Assembly (NCBI GenBank): GCA_023488435.1 | Contig: JAMDCK010000030.1 | Coordinates: forward strand, 20,177 to 84,176 | DNA: 64,000 bases | DNA from: Actinomycetota bacterium | Lineage (GTDB): Bacteria > Actinomycetota > Coriobacteriia > Anaerosomatales > UBA912 | Reading direction: 5' to 3' | In this document: positions 48,285 through 57,874 of the stretch, piece by piece | Position numbering within the stretch: the stretch's first letter is position 1 | Layout: each line of letters starts with the position of its first letter | Made by a program: the position numbers and the translations under genes | Notes under the pieces: generated by a model | Databases searched by the model: none | Told to the model about the DNA's origin: nothing | Seen by the model: only the letters and a program-made list of their open reading frames with translations

Positions 48285-49067
48285 TCAAGGAACCACGATG
48301 AATCGGCTAGCAATATCTTCAGCAATAGAATGCTCTTCATCGGACAACGATGAATGTTCGAAGCGCACACCCAGCGTATCAGTAAAGCCTTCAATAAGTG
48401 CCGAGCGGACAACTTGAGGAGAAGGCTCAGGTGAACATATGGACGATATCGTCACTGTTGAGGCGATCAGTTCCTCCGTTTGAGGTGGGTCGAGCCGGAG
48501 CAACTTGGCTTCGGTGGCTACATCCTTCGTCATGACCAGTGAGCCATGCTGCAGAACTGTGTCCTCCAGCCAGACCTGTGCACTTCCCGATAACTTCTTC
48601 ACATCCACGGAAAGATCAGCGGGGGTAAGGCTGCCATAGCAGGCCGAAGAGCTCAGGTGACGGCTCCTCTGTCTCCTTTTCGACTGAGATGCATCTATGC
48701 CTATTGACTGGAAAGTGCTTACGAGTGCTCGCAGAATCCACGCATAAGAAGTGGCTACCCCACGTGGAATGCCGTCTCCGATTCCTGCAGTAAGTGAATA
48801 TGTAACCTCGTCGAAGTGCAGCACCCCCCTACCCCCAGTTGGGCGTCTGACTACTGGAACCCTAAAAGCGACCGCAGCATCGAAGTTGACCTCCTCCGCT
48901 GCCTGGAAGCGGCCTAGCGAAAGCGTGGGTTCGCACCAACCGTATATCCTTAGGGTAGGCATTGCGTTGCCGGCTGCATGAGATATCTGGATCGCCTTGT
49001 CAACCGACATATTCCTCAATCCCGTGCTGGGTGGATCAAGGATCAGTCGCCAAGTAGGAGTGTGCAT
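48285..49067 (-). CDS. Lipoate-protein ligase / octanoyltransferase family protein (LplA/LipM-like catalytic domain)
   Basis: Contains the RRPTGGRGVLH motif and a catalytic lysine context (KKLSGSAQ). It lies immediately downstream of the gcv genes. Confidence 0.85.
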   Translation of the reverse strand: MHTPTWRLILDPPSTGLRNMSVDKAIQISHAAGNAMPTLRIYGWCEPTLSLGRFQAAEEVNFDAAVAFRVPVVRRPTGGRGVLHFDEVTYSLTAGIGDGIPRGVATSYAWILRALVSTFQSIGIDASQSKRRQRSRHLSSSACYGSLTPADLSVDVKKLSGSAQVWLEDTVLQHGSLVMTKDVATEAKLLRLDPPQTEELIASTVTISSICSPEPSPQVVRSALIEGFTDTLGVRFEHSSLSDEEHSIAEDIASRFIVVP

Positions 49068-49070
49068 AGG

Positions 49071-50558
49071 TTACGAAGAGCTGTTCTTCGCTGTCCAGCG
49101 AAGATCGGGGTCCCGTGCGGCCCGGGCTTCGTCGAGTCGGCGAACCGCAGTGGTGTGTGGTGCGGCTTTGAGTGCATCAGGGTTAGCTTCGGCCTCGTCG
49201 GCAATAGCGAGCATTGCGGAGACGAATCGATCAAGCGCTGACAAAGGTTCTGTCTCGGTGGGTTCTATCATGAGGGCTTCTTCAACCAGCAAAGGAAAGT
49301 AGACGGTCGGGGGGTGTATCCCATAGTCGAGAAGCCGCTTGCCGATGTCGAGCGCTTTGACTCCGTTGGCCCTCTTTTGAGGCGAGGCCGATAGAACGAA
49401 TTCGTGCATGCATGTACGGTTATAAGGGAGGTCGTAAGCCGCTCTTAATCGAGACATCAAGTAATTGGCTGAAAGGACTGCTTGTTCGCTGATCGCTCGC
49501 AGCCCGTCTCCTCCAGAAGAGAGGATGTAGGCATAGGCTCTGATGAGAACACCGACGTTTCCATAAAACGATCGGACCCTACCAATGGACGCAGATGGCC
49601 GATGGATTCTGTACCCGTCGTCTCCATGCAAAATAACGGGACCAGGAAGGAAGGGCGCTAACTCCTCGCTGACGCAGACTGGTCCGGCACCTGGGCCACC
49701 GCCGCCGTGAGGAGTGGAAAAAGTCTTATGCAAGTTCACATGGAGAGAGTCGAATCCCATATCACCCGGCCTGGAGATACCCATGATGGCGTTAAGGTTG
49801 GCGCCATCACAGTACGAAAAAGCTCCACAAGCCCTCACGGCACGGGTGATTTCCTCAATGTTCAGGTCGAAAAGTCCGAGAGTATTCGGGTTTGTGAGCA
49901 TGACTGCGGCGACGTCTTCGCCTAGGGCGGCGTAAAGAGCATCGAGGTCGACACCGCCCGATGAATCGCTGGGTATCGTCTGAGCCTCATATCCACAGAG
50001 ACTGACGGTTGCGGGGTTGGTGCCATGTGCAGTATCAGGGATCAGTACCTTTCGCCTTGGATTACCTTTGCGCGAGTGGAATTCACGTATACACAGAAGG
50101 GCCGTATGTTCACCATGGGCGCCTGCGGATGGCTGAAGTGAGACGCCCGGAAGTCCAGTGATTTCACTCAGAGCGGACTGAAGTCCATGAAGTAGCTCGA
50201 GAATCCCCTGGACAGTACTCTCCGGCTGATACGGGTGCAGACCTGCGAAACCCGGCAACCGGCAAACATCTTCATTGAGTCGCGGATTATATTTCATAGT
50301 GCAGCTGCCGAGAGGATACATGCCAGTGTCCACCCCAAAGTTCACCGCAGCAAGTCTCGAGTAGTGGCGCATGATGTCGAGCTCGCTCACATTGGGCAGA
50401 TTCGGCGGACACTCGCGGTGAAGTCCCGGGAACATGGCGTCGATGGGGCCTTCCGAAGGCGAAGCAGAGTCAGCACTGGGGCAGGACCATTCAGGGTCGC
50501 CCAACTCGAAAATCAGCGGTCGACGAGTTGTGTCTGCTTGTCTTTCTTCCTCAATCAC
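49071..50558 (-). CDS. gcvPB: Glycine dehydrogenase (decarboxylating) subunit 2
   Basis: PLP-lysine context NLHKTFSTPHGGGGPG; 495 aa. Confidence 0.95.
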   Translation of the reverse strand: MIEEERQADTTRRPLIFELGDPEWSCPSADSASPSEGPIDAMFPGLHRECPPNLPNVSELDIMRHYSRLAAVNFGVDTGMYPLGSCTMKYNPRLNEDVCRLPGFAGLHPYQPESTVQGILELLHGLQSALSEITGLPGVSLQPSAGAHGEHTALLCIREFHSRKGNPRRKVLIPDTAHGTNPATVSLCGYEAQTIPSDSSGGVDLDALYAALGEDVAAVMLTNPNTLGLFDLNIEEITRAVRACGAFSYCDGANLNAIMGISRPGDMGFDSLHVNLHKTFSTPHGGGGPGAGPVCVSEELAPFLPGPVILHGDDGYRIHRPSASIGRVRSFYGNVGVLIRAYAYILSSGGDGLRAISEQAVLSANYLMSRLRAAYDLPYNRTCMHEFVLSASPQKRANGVKALDIGKRLLDYGIHPPTVYFPLLVEEALMIEPTETEPLSALDRFVSAMLAIADEAEANPDALKAAPHTTAVRRLDEARAARDPDLRWTAKNSSS

Positions 50559-51958
50559 AGTGTTTCAATCTCCCTCGCAAATGCGATCATCTCGGCTGCG
50601 GTACGCTTTTCAGTGACAGCGAATATTACGACATCCGAAAGATCCAATCCGGAGGCTGGACCAACGCCTTCAAAGTCGGCGATCCTGGCTGCAGAGACAC
50701 CGGCGATGTAGCCTCGGTCGATCATCTTGAGTTGCATCTCAGAAACATTTCCCCCGGAGTACCGCAGTGCAAACTCATAACCGAACGGCGCATCCCAAAG
50801 AGGTGTGAACTTGCCGGTTTCGAGAAGCAACCGGTACAAGAAACGTGCATTATCTACGCAGGCCTTCGCTACCTGAGCAAGGCCGTTGCCGCCAACGGCT
50901 GACAGATAAACCGCTGCAGCCAATGCGTTCAGTGAATGGTTGCTGCAGATATTGCTGGTCGCCTTCTCCCGACGAATATGTTGCTCTCTCGTCGACAGAG
51001 TGAGCGTATACGCCTCTCTTCCATCGACATCTACCGTTCGGCCGACGATGCGTCCTGGCATCTGCCGCAGGAATCGGCCCCGGCATGCGAAGAACCCGAA
51101 ACCCGGACCCCCGAACGACATCGGGCTACCAATGGACTGACCATCCCCGACGACCACATCAACACCAAAGTCAGACGGGGGTCTCAAGATGCCCAGAAGG
51201 ACAGGATTGACTGCAGCCACAGAGACCGCACCGATTCCGTGTGCAAAGGTCGTCATAGCGGCGATATCATCGATCACTCCGAAGAAGCTGGGGCTCTGCG
51301 TGACTACCGCAGCGACATCAACGAATAGGCTGGGGTCCAGGGAGTTTTCGATATGAGCGGCACTAATGCGACCCGTAGAAGTGTCTTCGGGCAGCTCGAT
51401 AAGAGAAAACTTTCCGCTCTTAGAGTAGGTCCTGATGGTTGATACCCATTCAGGGTGCATGTCGCCGACACACAGCACAGATTGCCTGGCGGTCACTCGG
51501 GTCGCCATGAATATCGCTTCAACGAGAGCAGTCGGCCCGTCGTACATACTCGCATTTGCCACGTCCATGCCAGTCAATTCACAAATCATGGATTGATATT
51601 CGTATAGTGCCTGCAATGTTCCTTGACTGACTTCCGGCTGGTAAGGCGTGTATGCGGTGAAAAACTCGGGGCGTCGTATCACGTGGTCAACGACGCTGGG
51701 AATGTAGTGATCGTAACAACCGGCACCAGCGAAACTGATTAACCTGCCAGCCGGGATATTGGATTCAGCAAGCGCTGAGAGGCGCGCTGAGACCTGCATC
51801 TCACTTTGTGCACTCGGTAGATCCAGCGGTCGCAAAAAGCGGACGCTCTTAGGGATATCCTCGAACAGGTCCTCGATCGAGTCACATCCGATCTGTTCGA
51901 GCATCTTCCTGCGTTGGCTAGCGGTAATCGAAATATATCGCATAGCTGAGGTTCTCAC
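50555..51958 (-). CDS. gcvPA: Glycine dehydrogenase (decarboxylating) subunit 1
   Basis: Typical N-terminus MRYISIT..QRRKMLEQIG, so the likely start is 51943. FTAYTPYQPE.SQG is present. Confidence 0.95.
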   Translation of the reverse strand: MRTSAMRYISITASQRRKMLEQIGCDSIEDLFEDIPKSVRFLRPLDLPSAQSEMQVSARLSALAESNIPAGRLISFAGAGCYDHYIPSVVDHVIRRPEFFTAYTPYQPEVSQGTLQALYEYQSMICELTGMDVANASMYDGPTALVEAIFMATRVTARQSVLCVGDMHPEWVSTIRTYSKSGKFSLIELPEDTSTGRISAAHIENSLDPSLFVDVAAVVTQSPSFFGVIDDIAAMTTFAHGIGAVSVAAVNPVLLGILRPPSDFGVDVVVGDGQSIGSPMSFGGPGFGFFACRGRFLRQMPGRIVGRTVDVDGREAYTLTLSTREQHIRREKATSNICSNHSLNALAAAVYLSAVGGNGLAQVAKACVDNARFLYRLLLETGKFTPLWDAPFGYEFALRYSGGNVSEMQLKMIDRGYIAGVSAARIADFEGVGPASGLDLSDVVIFAVTEKRTAAEMIAFAREIETL

Positions 51959-52338
51959 GCCTCGCCGACGTGAACCGAGTACCGATCGGCGGGCATCAGT
52001 GATTCCATCTCCTCAGGATCGCTCATCTGGATCTTGACTATCCAACCCTCACCGTAAGGTTCCGAGTTAATGATCTCAGGTGTGTCTGGGAGAGTCGAGT
52101 TTACCTGGACAACCTGACCCGTGACAGGTGCATACAGCTCTGAGACCGACTTCACAGATTCAACCTCACCGTAGACTTGCCCGGCCGATATAGTGCTACC
52201 GACTTCGGGCAGTTCGACATAGACTATCTCCCCTAGCTGTCTCTGGGCGAAGTCGGTGATGCCGATGGTGGCAAGCCCGCCTTCTCCAATCTTCACCCAT
52301 TCATGCTCAGGATGGTAGCTTCGATCATCCGGATTCAT
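51955..52338 (-). CDS. gcvH: Glycine cleavage system protein H
   Basis: HEWV motif and the lipoyl-lysine motif EVESVKSVSELYAP. Confidence 0.96.
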   Translation of the reverse strand: MNPDDRSYHPEHEWVKIGEGGLATIGITDFAQRQLGEIVYVELPEVGSTISAGQVYGEVESVKSVSELYAPVTGQVVQVNSTLPDTPEIINSEPYGEGWIVKIQMSDPEEMESLMPADRYSVHVGEA

Positions 52339-54679
52339 CGTTCTCCTTTCGGCAATTATTCTGTCTTAAAGAAGTGTCGTGCACGAATGGTGGATCCACA
52401 ACGATCAGCGGAGCGTGCTTCCGTCTGACCTGCAGATCAAGCTTCTGCTCCGCGACGGCGTACTCGATGGGAATGTAGCCAGATGCGATCCCGATAGAAA
52501 GCGATGGGGAGAATGTCCCACTGGCTACACGCCCAATTTCAATACCCTTCACCGAGATGCTCATTCCCTGCCTTGGTATCCCTTCGGTGGACGTGAAGAA
52601 AGCAAGCACTCGTTCAATGCCTTGTTCGCGAATCCGCCGAATTGCCTCGCTACCAACAAAATCATGCTTCTTATCTGGACAAACCCATCCGAGACGGGCG
52701 GATATCGGATCCACTCCCCTATCCATGTCTGAACCATAAAGATGATAACCCATTTCAAGTCTGAGGGTGTCGCGAGACCCGAGGCCACAAGGGGTGATTT
52801 CTGAGAACGAAAGCAGGTATCGCCAGATAGCCACTGTATTGGACTCATGTGTGAATATCTCGACTCCGTCTTCGCCGGTGTATCCGGTTCGAGAGAGGAG
52901 GACTGGCATGTTACCGACGGTGGACGGCGCAATGCTGAATCGCGCAGGAAAAGTGGTGTCTTTGGGCGTCATATGCTCAAGTAGCCTCATGGCGAGCGGA
53001 CCCTGCAGAGCTATCAAACCAGTGCGATCGGTCTCATCGATGATATCAAGATCGATGCCGTGCTTGCGCGCGCCCTCTCCGGCGGACTCATTTAGGCTCC
53101 ACCTGTCGCGGATCGTGTTCGCCCAATCGAAGACGATGTACCGATTCACCGCATTGGCCACAAGGAGATATTCGTTATCGCCAGTCCGATACACGATGAC
53201 GTCATCGATGATTCCCGCATCGTGGTCGCATATCAATGTGTACTGAGCTATTCCGGGCACTGAGAGACGAGACAGATCGTTCGTCATAAGGTACTGCAGG
53301 AAATCGAAAGCGCTTGCTCCGCACACCCGAAGCTGTGCCATGTGACAAAGATCGAAGATACCGCAGCCCTCCCGAACAGCCGAATGCTCCTGCCGTATAC
53401 CCATGTACTGCATCGGCATCAGATAGCCGGCGAACTCGGTCATCTGCGCACCAAGTGCGATGTGTTCATCGTAGAGCGGTGTTTTTGAAACCTGTGTGGC
53501 CAAGGGAACTTGCCCTTCCTGTGGACGGAAGAAGCGCTGAATGGCGATCCAAACTCTTTCGAACACTCCTGGCTTTTCTACCGAAACCTGTGAAACAAGC
53601 GTGGTCTGATAGATTAATCTATCATCTTGTACCAACCTTAGCGTACCAAGGCGATCGCCAGCAGCCACGGGAGCCTCGATGTGGGCAACTAGCTCAACCT
53701 CAGCCGTGACCTGACCGTCTGGCGCGAATATGTAGTCCGAAAAAGCGGAGTTCGAAACGGCAGGAATAGTGAGGTCGAGATAGTCGGTGACTCGCACTGA
53801 GCCGAATTCCTGGCCACGGTCCACGAATCTCTGGTATGTGAGATTTTCAAATCCCCAATCCATGGCCTGCTGGGCGATCACAAACCTTGCCCTCTCGCTA
53901 GGAGTCCCAAGAATGACCGCAAAAAGCTCGAGTCCGTCCCGGCTAGCCGAAGAGATTAACGAAAAGCCTGCGCGCGAGGTCCAGCCAGTCTTCAAGCCTG
54001 TTGCCCCAAGGTATTCGCCTACGAGCAGGCTTGTATTCTCTTCAGGCGGCCTCGGGCCAGAGCCATCCGGATCAAAGAATTCCAATGCTGATATCCTTCT
54101 GATCTCATCGCTCTGCATCGCATACCGAGCGAGTATTGCTAGGTCGCGTGCGGTGGAGTAGTGCCCGGCCTGATCTATGCCATGAGGATTCGCAAAGCGA
54201 GTATCTGACATACCTAGCCGAAGAGCCCGATCGTTCATGATTGCAACGAACTCCTCCGGGGAGCCTGCGACGTGTCGTGCCAGAGCGTTAGCAACCTCAT
54301 TTCCGGAAACCAACAGGAGGGCTTCGAGGCACTCCCTGACGGTCATGATTTCGCCAGGGCGGAGGTTGGCATTCGATCCCCCCGTTGCGATATCGGCTGC
54401 TGATATCATCACGGAGTCGTCGAGATTTGCACGATCGAGGACTACGATTGCCGTCATTATCTTGGTAATGCTAGCAATGGATCGACTCTCATCCGCGCCC
54501 TTTGACCACAATTCGTGCCCATTTTCTGAGACGAGCAGCAGTGCTTCGTGTGGAGTGTCAATCGAAGGACCGCGCGAGCTAGAAGTTGCCGAAAGTGGGT
54601 CATCGGAGTTGACTGCATAGGCTGAAGCCGGAGATAGGGCTATTACAATCGAAAGGATAAACACTAGCGAGTTATTCAT
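52325..54679 (-). CDS. gcvT: Single ORF fusing an exported D-alanyl-D-alanine carboxypeptidase (S11/PBP5-like) to aminomethyltransferase GcvT
   Basis: N-terminal half: signal peptide MNNSLVFILSIVIALSPASAYA, SITK, SGN and KTG motifs, and a PBP5 C-domain. C-terminal half, from KTPLYDEHIALGAQMTEFAGYLMPMQY, is a complete GcvT. No stop separates the halves. An in-frame TTG at 53503 preceded by AGGAAGGG could start a stand-alone GcvT. Confidence 0.8.
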   Translation of the reverse strand: MNNSLVFILSIVIALSPASAYAVNSDDPLSATSSSRGPSIDTPHEALLLVSENGHELWSKGADESRSIASITKIMTAIVVLDRANLDDSVMISAADIATGGSNANLRPGEIMTVRECLEALLLVSGNEVANALARHVAGSPEEFVAIMNDRALRLGMSDTRFANPHGIDQAGHYSTARDLAILARYAMQSDEIRRISALEFFDPDGSGPRPPEENTSLLVGEYLGATGLKTGWTSRAGFSLISSASRDGLELFAVILGTPSERARFVIAQQAMDWGFENLTYQRFVDRGQEFGSVRVTDYLDLTIPAVSNSAFSDYIFAPDGQVTAEVELVAHIEAPVAAGDRLGTLRLVQDDRLIYQTTLVSQVSVEKPGVFERVWIAIQRFFRPQEGQVPLATQVSKTPLYDEHIALGAQMTEFAGYLMPMQYMGIRQEHSAVREGCGIFDLCHMAQLRVCGASAFDFLQYLMTNDLSRLSVPGIAQYTLICDHDAGIIDDVIVYRTGDNEYLLVANAVNRYIVFDWANTIRDRWSLNESAGEGARKHGIDLDIIDETDRTGLIALQGPLAMRLLEHMTPKDTTFPARFSIAPSTVGNMPVLLSRTGYTGEDGVEIFTHESNTVAIWRYLLSFSEITPCGLGSRDTLRLEMGYHLYGSDMDRGVDPISARLGWVCPDKKHDFVGSEAIRRIREQGIERVLAFFTSTEGIPRQGMSISVKGIEIGRVASGTFSPSLSIGIASGYIPIEYAVAEQKLDLQVRRKHAPLIVVDPPFVHDTSLRQNNCRKENDESG

Positions 54680-54773
54680 TATGTCGGATATACTTATGCC
54701 ATGGGTACTGATTTTGATCACGGGTCGATCCATTTCGACGAGGGAAACTCATGACGCACTCGGTCAGCGAACA

Positions 54774-55142
54774 GTGAACCACACAGGGCACGAAACATCC
54801 AAGTGTAATTCCGACGCAACGGATTGCCAGGGCGGATTCTCGCTGTTTGAGCTCATGGCGGTCCTAGCCATCCTCGCGGTGTTGCTGACTATCGCGGTGG
54901 CGTCGTTCGCGCATGCAACCTCTAGCACACACCGAATGACCTGCCTTGCCAACCAGCGTACCCTCAACGCTGCGGTGCAGGCTTTTCGTGCGGACAACGA
55001 TGGGGTCAACATTCAGACAATCCTGGACCTTGAGCCCTACATCAACAACCTGACCTCGGCGACTCAATGTCCAGCGGACCCACAAGTGTCGCTCGAACTG
55101 GATCCCGCCTCTCAGCAGATCACTTGCCCCAACCACCAGTAA
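54774..55142 (+). CDS. Type IV pilin-like (prepilin-type N-terminal cleavage/methylation) protein
   Basis: Class III signal ...CQGG|FSLFELMAVLAILAVLLTIAVASF with Glu at +5. The ORF is open from 54681. The GTG at 54774 gives a 21-aa leader and avoids overlap with the divergent dac gene. Confidence 0.7.
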   Translation: MNHTGHETSKCNSDATDCQGGFSLFELMAVLAILAVLLTIAVASFAHATSSTHRMTCLANQRTLNAAVQAFRADNDGVNIQTILDLEPYINNLTSATQCPADPQVSLELDPASQQITCPNHQ

Positions 55143-55185
55143 GCACTTACTATTCGTGATGCGACTCCCACTATAGGAACGAGGA

Positions 55186-55977
55186 TTGATGAGGCAAGGA
55201 CGCTTCGAATTCTGGTTGATCTGCGTCGGGGCCATCGTGGTAGTTGCAAGCGTCGCCATCGTCGGCGGTGAGATTCTCGTTGAAGAACTCATCGCTCAAG
55301 TCATGCTCTATGCAGTATTCGTTGCTGCAGTATTTGGAGGAACATCATCTGGCCTGGTAGCCGCGCTCGCCTTCTCCATTGTCTACATTGCCATCCAGGT
55401 AGGGTTCAGAGCCGATGAAGTCGTGTTCAGCTGGGATCTCGTTCAGATGATTCTTGTTCGAGTCATCGCTTTCTCCGCGATCGGAGTGATTGTCGGAGAG
55501 ATGACGACACGTATACGCAAGAGATTCGACCAATCCAAGGAGCTCGAAGGAATCGATCCAGTGAGCCGGGGCTACAACCAGCGACTTGTAGCGTCCGCAT
55601 TAGAGATGGCTATTGCTGAGTCTCAGCGGTACGCCGTTCCTTTTTCGGTGACACTCATTCGTCTGACCCTGAATCCAAACAAATCGCCCAAGGCAGGGCA
55701 CCAGGAAAACATCATTAGGCGTATTTCTGAATCCGTCCGCACATCAACCAGGGTGTTGGATCGATTCGGTCGCACAGACGATGGCATCCTTGTACTGATA
55801 TCACCCAATACTTCCTTGAATCAGATTGAGGTTCTCAAGGCGCGACTCGAAGAGAATATCCAGAAATCTTTTGGGGAGCAGCTCGACGAGCTGTCAATCA
55901 CGAGCCTTTCGGCTCCTGAGAAGATTCAGGAAATTATCGAGTATCACCAGAGGCTGCAACGCGATCCGAAAACCTAA
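55186..55977 (+). CDS. Membrane protein with a degenerate GGDEF-like domain
   Basis: Three to four N-terminal TM segments. The domain aligns to GGDEF (DPVSRGYNQRL...RFGRTDDGILVLISP), but GRTDD replaces GGDEF/GGEEF. Confidence 0.65.
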   Translation: MMRQGRFEFWLICVGAIVVVASVAIVGGEILVEELIAQVMLYAVFVAAVFGGTSSGLVAALAFSIVYIAIQVGFRADEVVFSWDLVQMILVRVIAFSAIGVIVGEMTTRIRKRFDQSKELEGIDPVSRGYNQRLVASALEMAIAESQRYAVPFSVTLIRLTLNPNKSPKAGHQENIIRRISESVRTSTRVLDRFGRTDDGILVLISPNTSLNQIEVLKARLEENIQKSFGEQLDELSITSLSAPEKIQEIIEYHQRLQRDPKT

Positions 55978-55997
55978 CCGCAACGATCGAATGTGAC

Positions 55998-57800
55998 TCA
56001 AGGAGTAGTAGGCGTTGAGGGTAGCGACACTGGCAGCCTGGTTCCAACCCTAACGATCTCCTCTTTGGGGCGATAGACCGAGCGGAAAGAGTCGGTTCTG
56101 ACCGTCACCCCATCCCTCTTGACGAATCTCTGGACTACCACTGAGCCCCCGTTGGCGCCCGCCTGCTCGACTCTTCTGGAGCCAAGAGGCAGAGTGGGGT
56201 CTGGTGTTTCTCGGGTGGGGAAAGGCTTGACGTCACGCCAAGGGCTTGTCTCGCTGGTGACCACAAAACCCGGATCGGTTCCATACAGATTGACGGTCAC
56301 GGAGGATGCAGTGTACGACGTATCAACAAGGACCCAGTTCGGGGTGTCATTCTTAAAGCTGAGGTCGGGTCCGCCCCAAGCGATTGCCGCATCTCTCCCT
56401 GGGGGATATGCGGATATGAAAAGCGAGTGATTTCGACGCTCGAGGATGGGCAACCCGGACTCGAATATGGTATTGAACATGGTCGTCCCAAACTGACAGA
56501 TGCCGCCGCCCAGGGTTGGAACCAGTTGCCCATTGATGATGGCAGGAGCGGCCTGGAAGCCTCTTTCTGCGGTACGCCTGCCCGCCCTCTGATTCAAGGA
56601 GAAGGTTTCACCCGGCGCGAGTAGTACGCCATCAACCTTGTCAGCGATGAGATGGATATTATTGACGCGTGGACGGTTCGAACGGTCGAAACGGGTGGTA
56701 TAGGTAGCGAATCGTGTGGTGATGCCCATGTCTTTGGCTTCTTGAGTAGTGATCTCGGGTTCGATTCTGGTCATCCTGAGCTCAACCTGTCGACTCTGGC
56801 CATCAGTCAGAACTCTGGTCATCTCTTTTGCTAGCGACTCGAAATCCGGACCGGTGCCATCCTCCCCTGGAATAATCCGGACATTGTCACCTTGAACATC
56901 AAAGGATGCGTTTTTCGCCGGCCTACCAGCGGCAGACACAACAGGGCCTATCGTACTGGATGCAGCGATGGGGTCGACATAAGCGACCAAAATAGCGGAT
57001 CGAGCGGGAGCAGTAGCTGTTGATTCCTCGGCTCGGAACGCAATGACCTGCCCCAGGATTTCTGGCTTCAAGGTCCAACGTGAGTCCTCAAAAGTCAGTA
57101 CAACATCACTGGCCAGCATTGATTGCGCAACCGAAAGTGCCTGCTTCGCCTGGGCGTCTTCGATGCTTGGGTTGGCAGTTGCTGTGGGCAGTTCCACCGG
57201 TTTCGCGTCAGTAACACTAGATAGAAGGATGGCCTCAAGCAGAACATCCTGGGCAAGTGCGACTCCTGGTGATGATGTGCGCAAGGAGGCAGACGGCCCA
57301 TCGATGGTGATGGCGGCATCGACCGCAGGTATCTCCACTGCGCTTCTAATGGCCGAAATGACCGGAGCGGCGGCGGATGCGTCATAAGAAAGTGGAGCTG
57401 TAATTGCGGCACCCGACACCCAGCTGTCAATCCTTTCTACAGCGCGGTCGAGCACATTGCCTGCTCTGCCGACCCTGTATGCCGAATCAACGGCATCATC
57501 GACATCAAGAGTGGCCCCGATGGCTTGACCGGATGTCTCCCACTCCCCTTCCGGGTGGACGATGCGGATGCTTCTCTCAAATCGCTTTGTTGCGGTCTCA
57601 GCGAGTTTAATCGCAGCCTCATCACGGGGAAGGCCGCCGATCTCGATCCCATAAACGGTGACTCCGGGATGGATCTTTTCAAAACTGAGTGCGAGGTCTA
57701 TTGCACTAAAGATGAGTACAAACGCAAAGCTGGTCGCGATAACAGCAGCCAACACTCTCTGCCAAATGGGAAGCGTCATGAACTTATTGAACACGTTCAT
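55998..57800 (-). CDS. VanW-family protein with an N-terminal anchor and a C-terminal G5 domain
   Basis: VanW core (PGETFSLN...GGGICQFGTTMFN...RRNHS), a G5-like C-terminus (RVEQAGANGGSVVVQR...) and one TM segment at the N-terminus. Confidence 0.85.
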   Translation of the reverse strand: MNVFNKFMTLPIWQRVLAAVIATSFAFVLIFSAIDLALSFEKIHPGVTVYGIEIGGLPRDEAAIKLAETATKRFERSIRIVHPEGEWETSGQAIGATLDVDDAVDSAYRVGRAGNVLDRAVERIDSWVSGAAITAPLSYDASAAAPVISAIRSAVEIPAVDAAITIDGPSASLRTSSPGVALAQDVLLEAILLSSVTDAKPVELPTATANPSIEDAQAKQALSVAQSMLASDVVLTFEDSRWTLKPEILGQVIAFRAEESTATAPARSAILVAYVDPIAASSTIGPVVSAAGRPAKNASFDVQGDNVRIIPGEDGTGPDFESLAKEMTRVLTDGQSRQVELRMTRIEPEITTQEAKDMGITTRFATYTTRFDRSNRPRVNNIHLIADKVDGVLLAPGETFSLNQRAGRRTAERGFQAAPAIINGQLVPTLGGGICQFGTTMFNTIFESGLPILERRNHSLFISAYPPGRDAAIAWGGPDLSFKNDTPNWVLVDTSYTASSVTVNLYGTDPGFVVTSETSPWRDVKPFPTRETPDPTLPLGSRRVEQAGANGGSVVVQRFVKRDGVTVRTDSFRSVYRPKEEIVRVGTRLPVSLPSTPTTP

Positions 57801-57874
57801 CGATAATCATCCTGGGGGGATCGGAGGGTTCGACTGAGTGAGTCCTTCCCTCGAAAGGTTGCACATGTTTATAT

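Noticed and set aside
53504-53560. GAAGGGCAA just upstream of the internal gcvT start resembles the ACCGAAGGGGCAA core of glycine riboswitches.
   Set aside because: It lies inside the dac coding frame. There are no GGAGAG/CUCUGGAGAG partner elements and no tandem aptamer structure. It is more simply explained as a Shine-Dalgarno-like AGGAAGGG.
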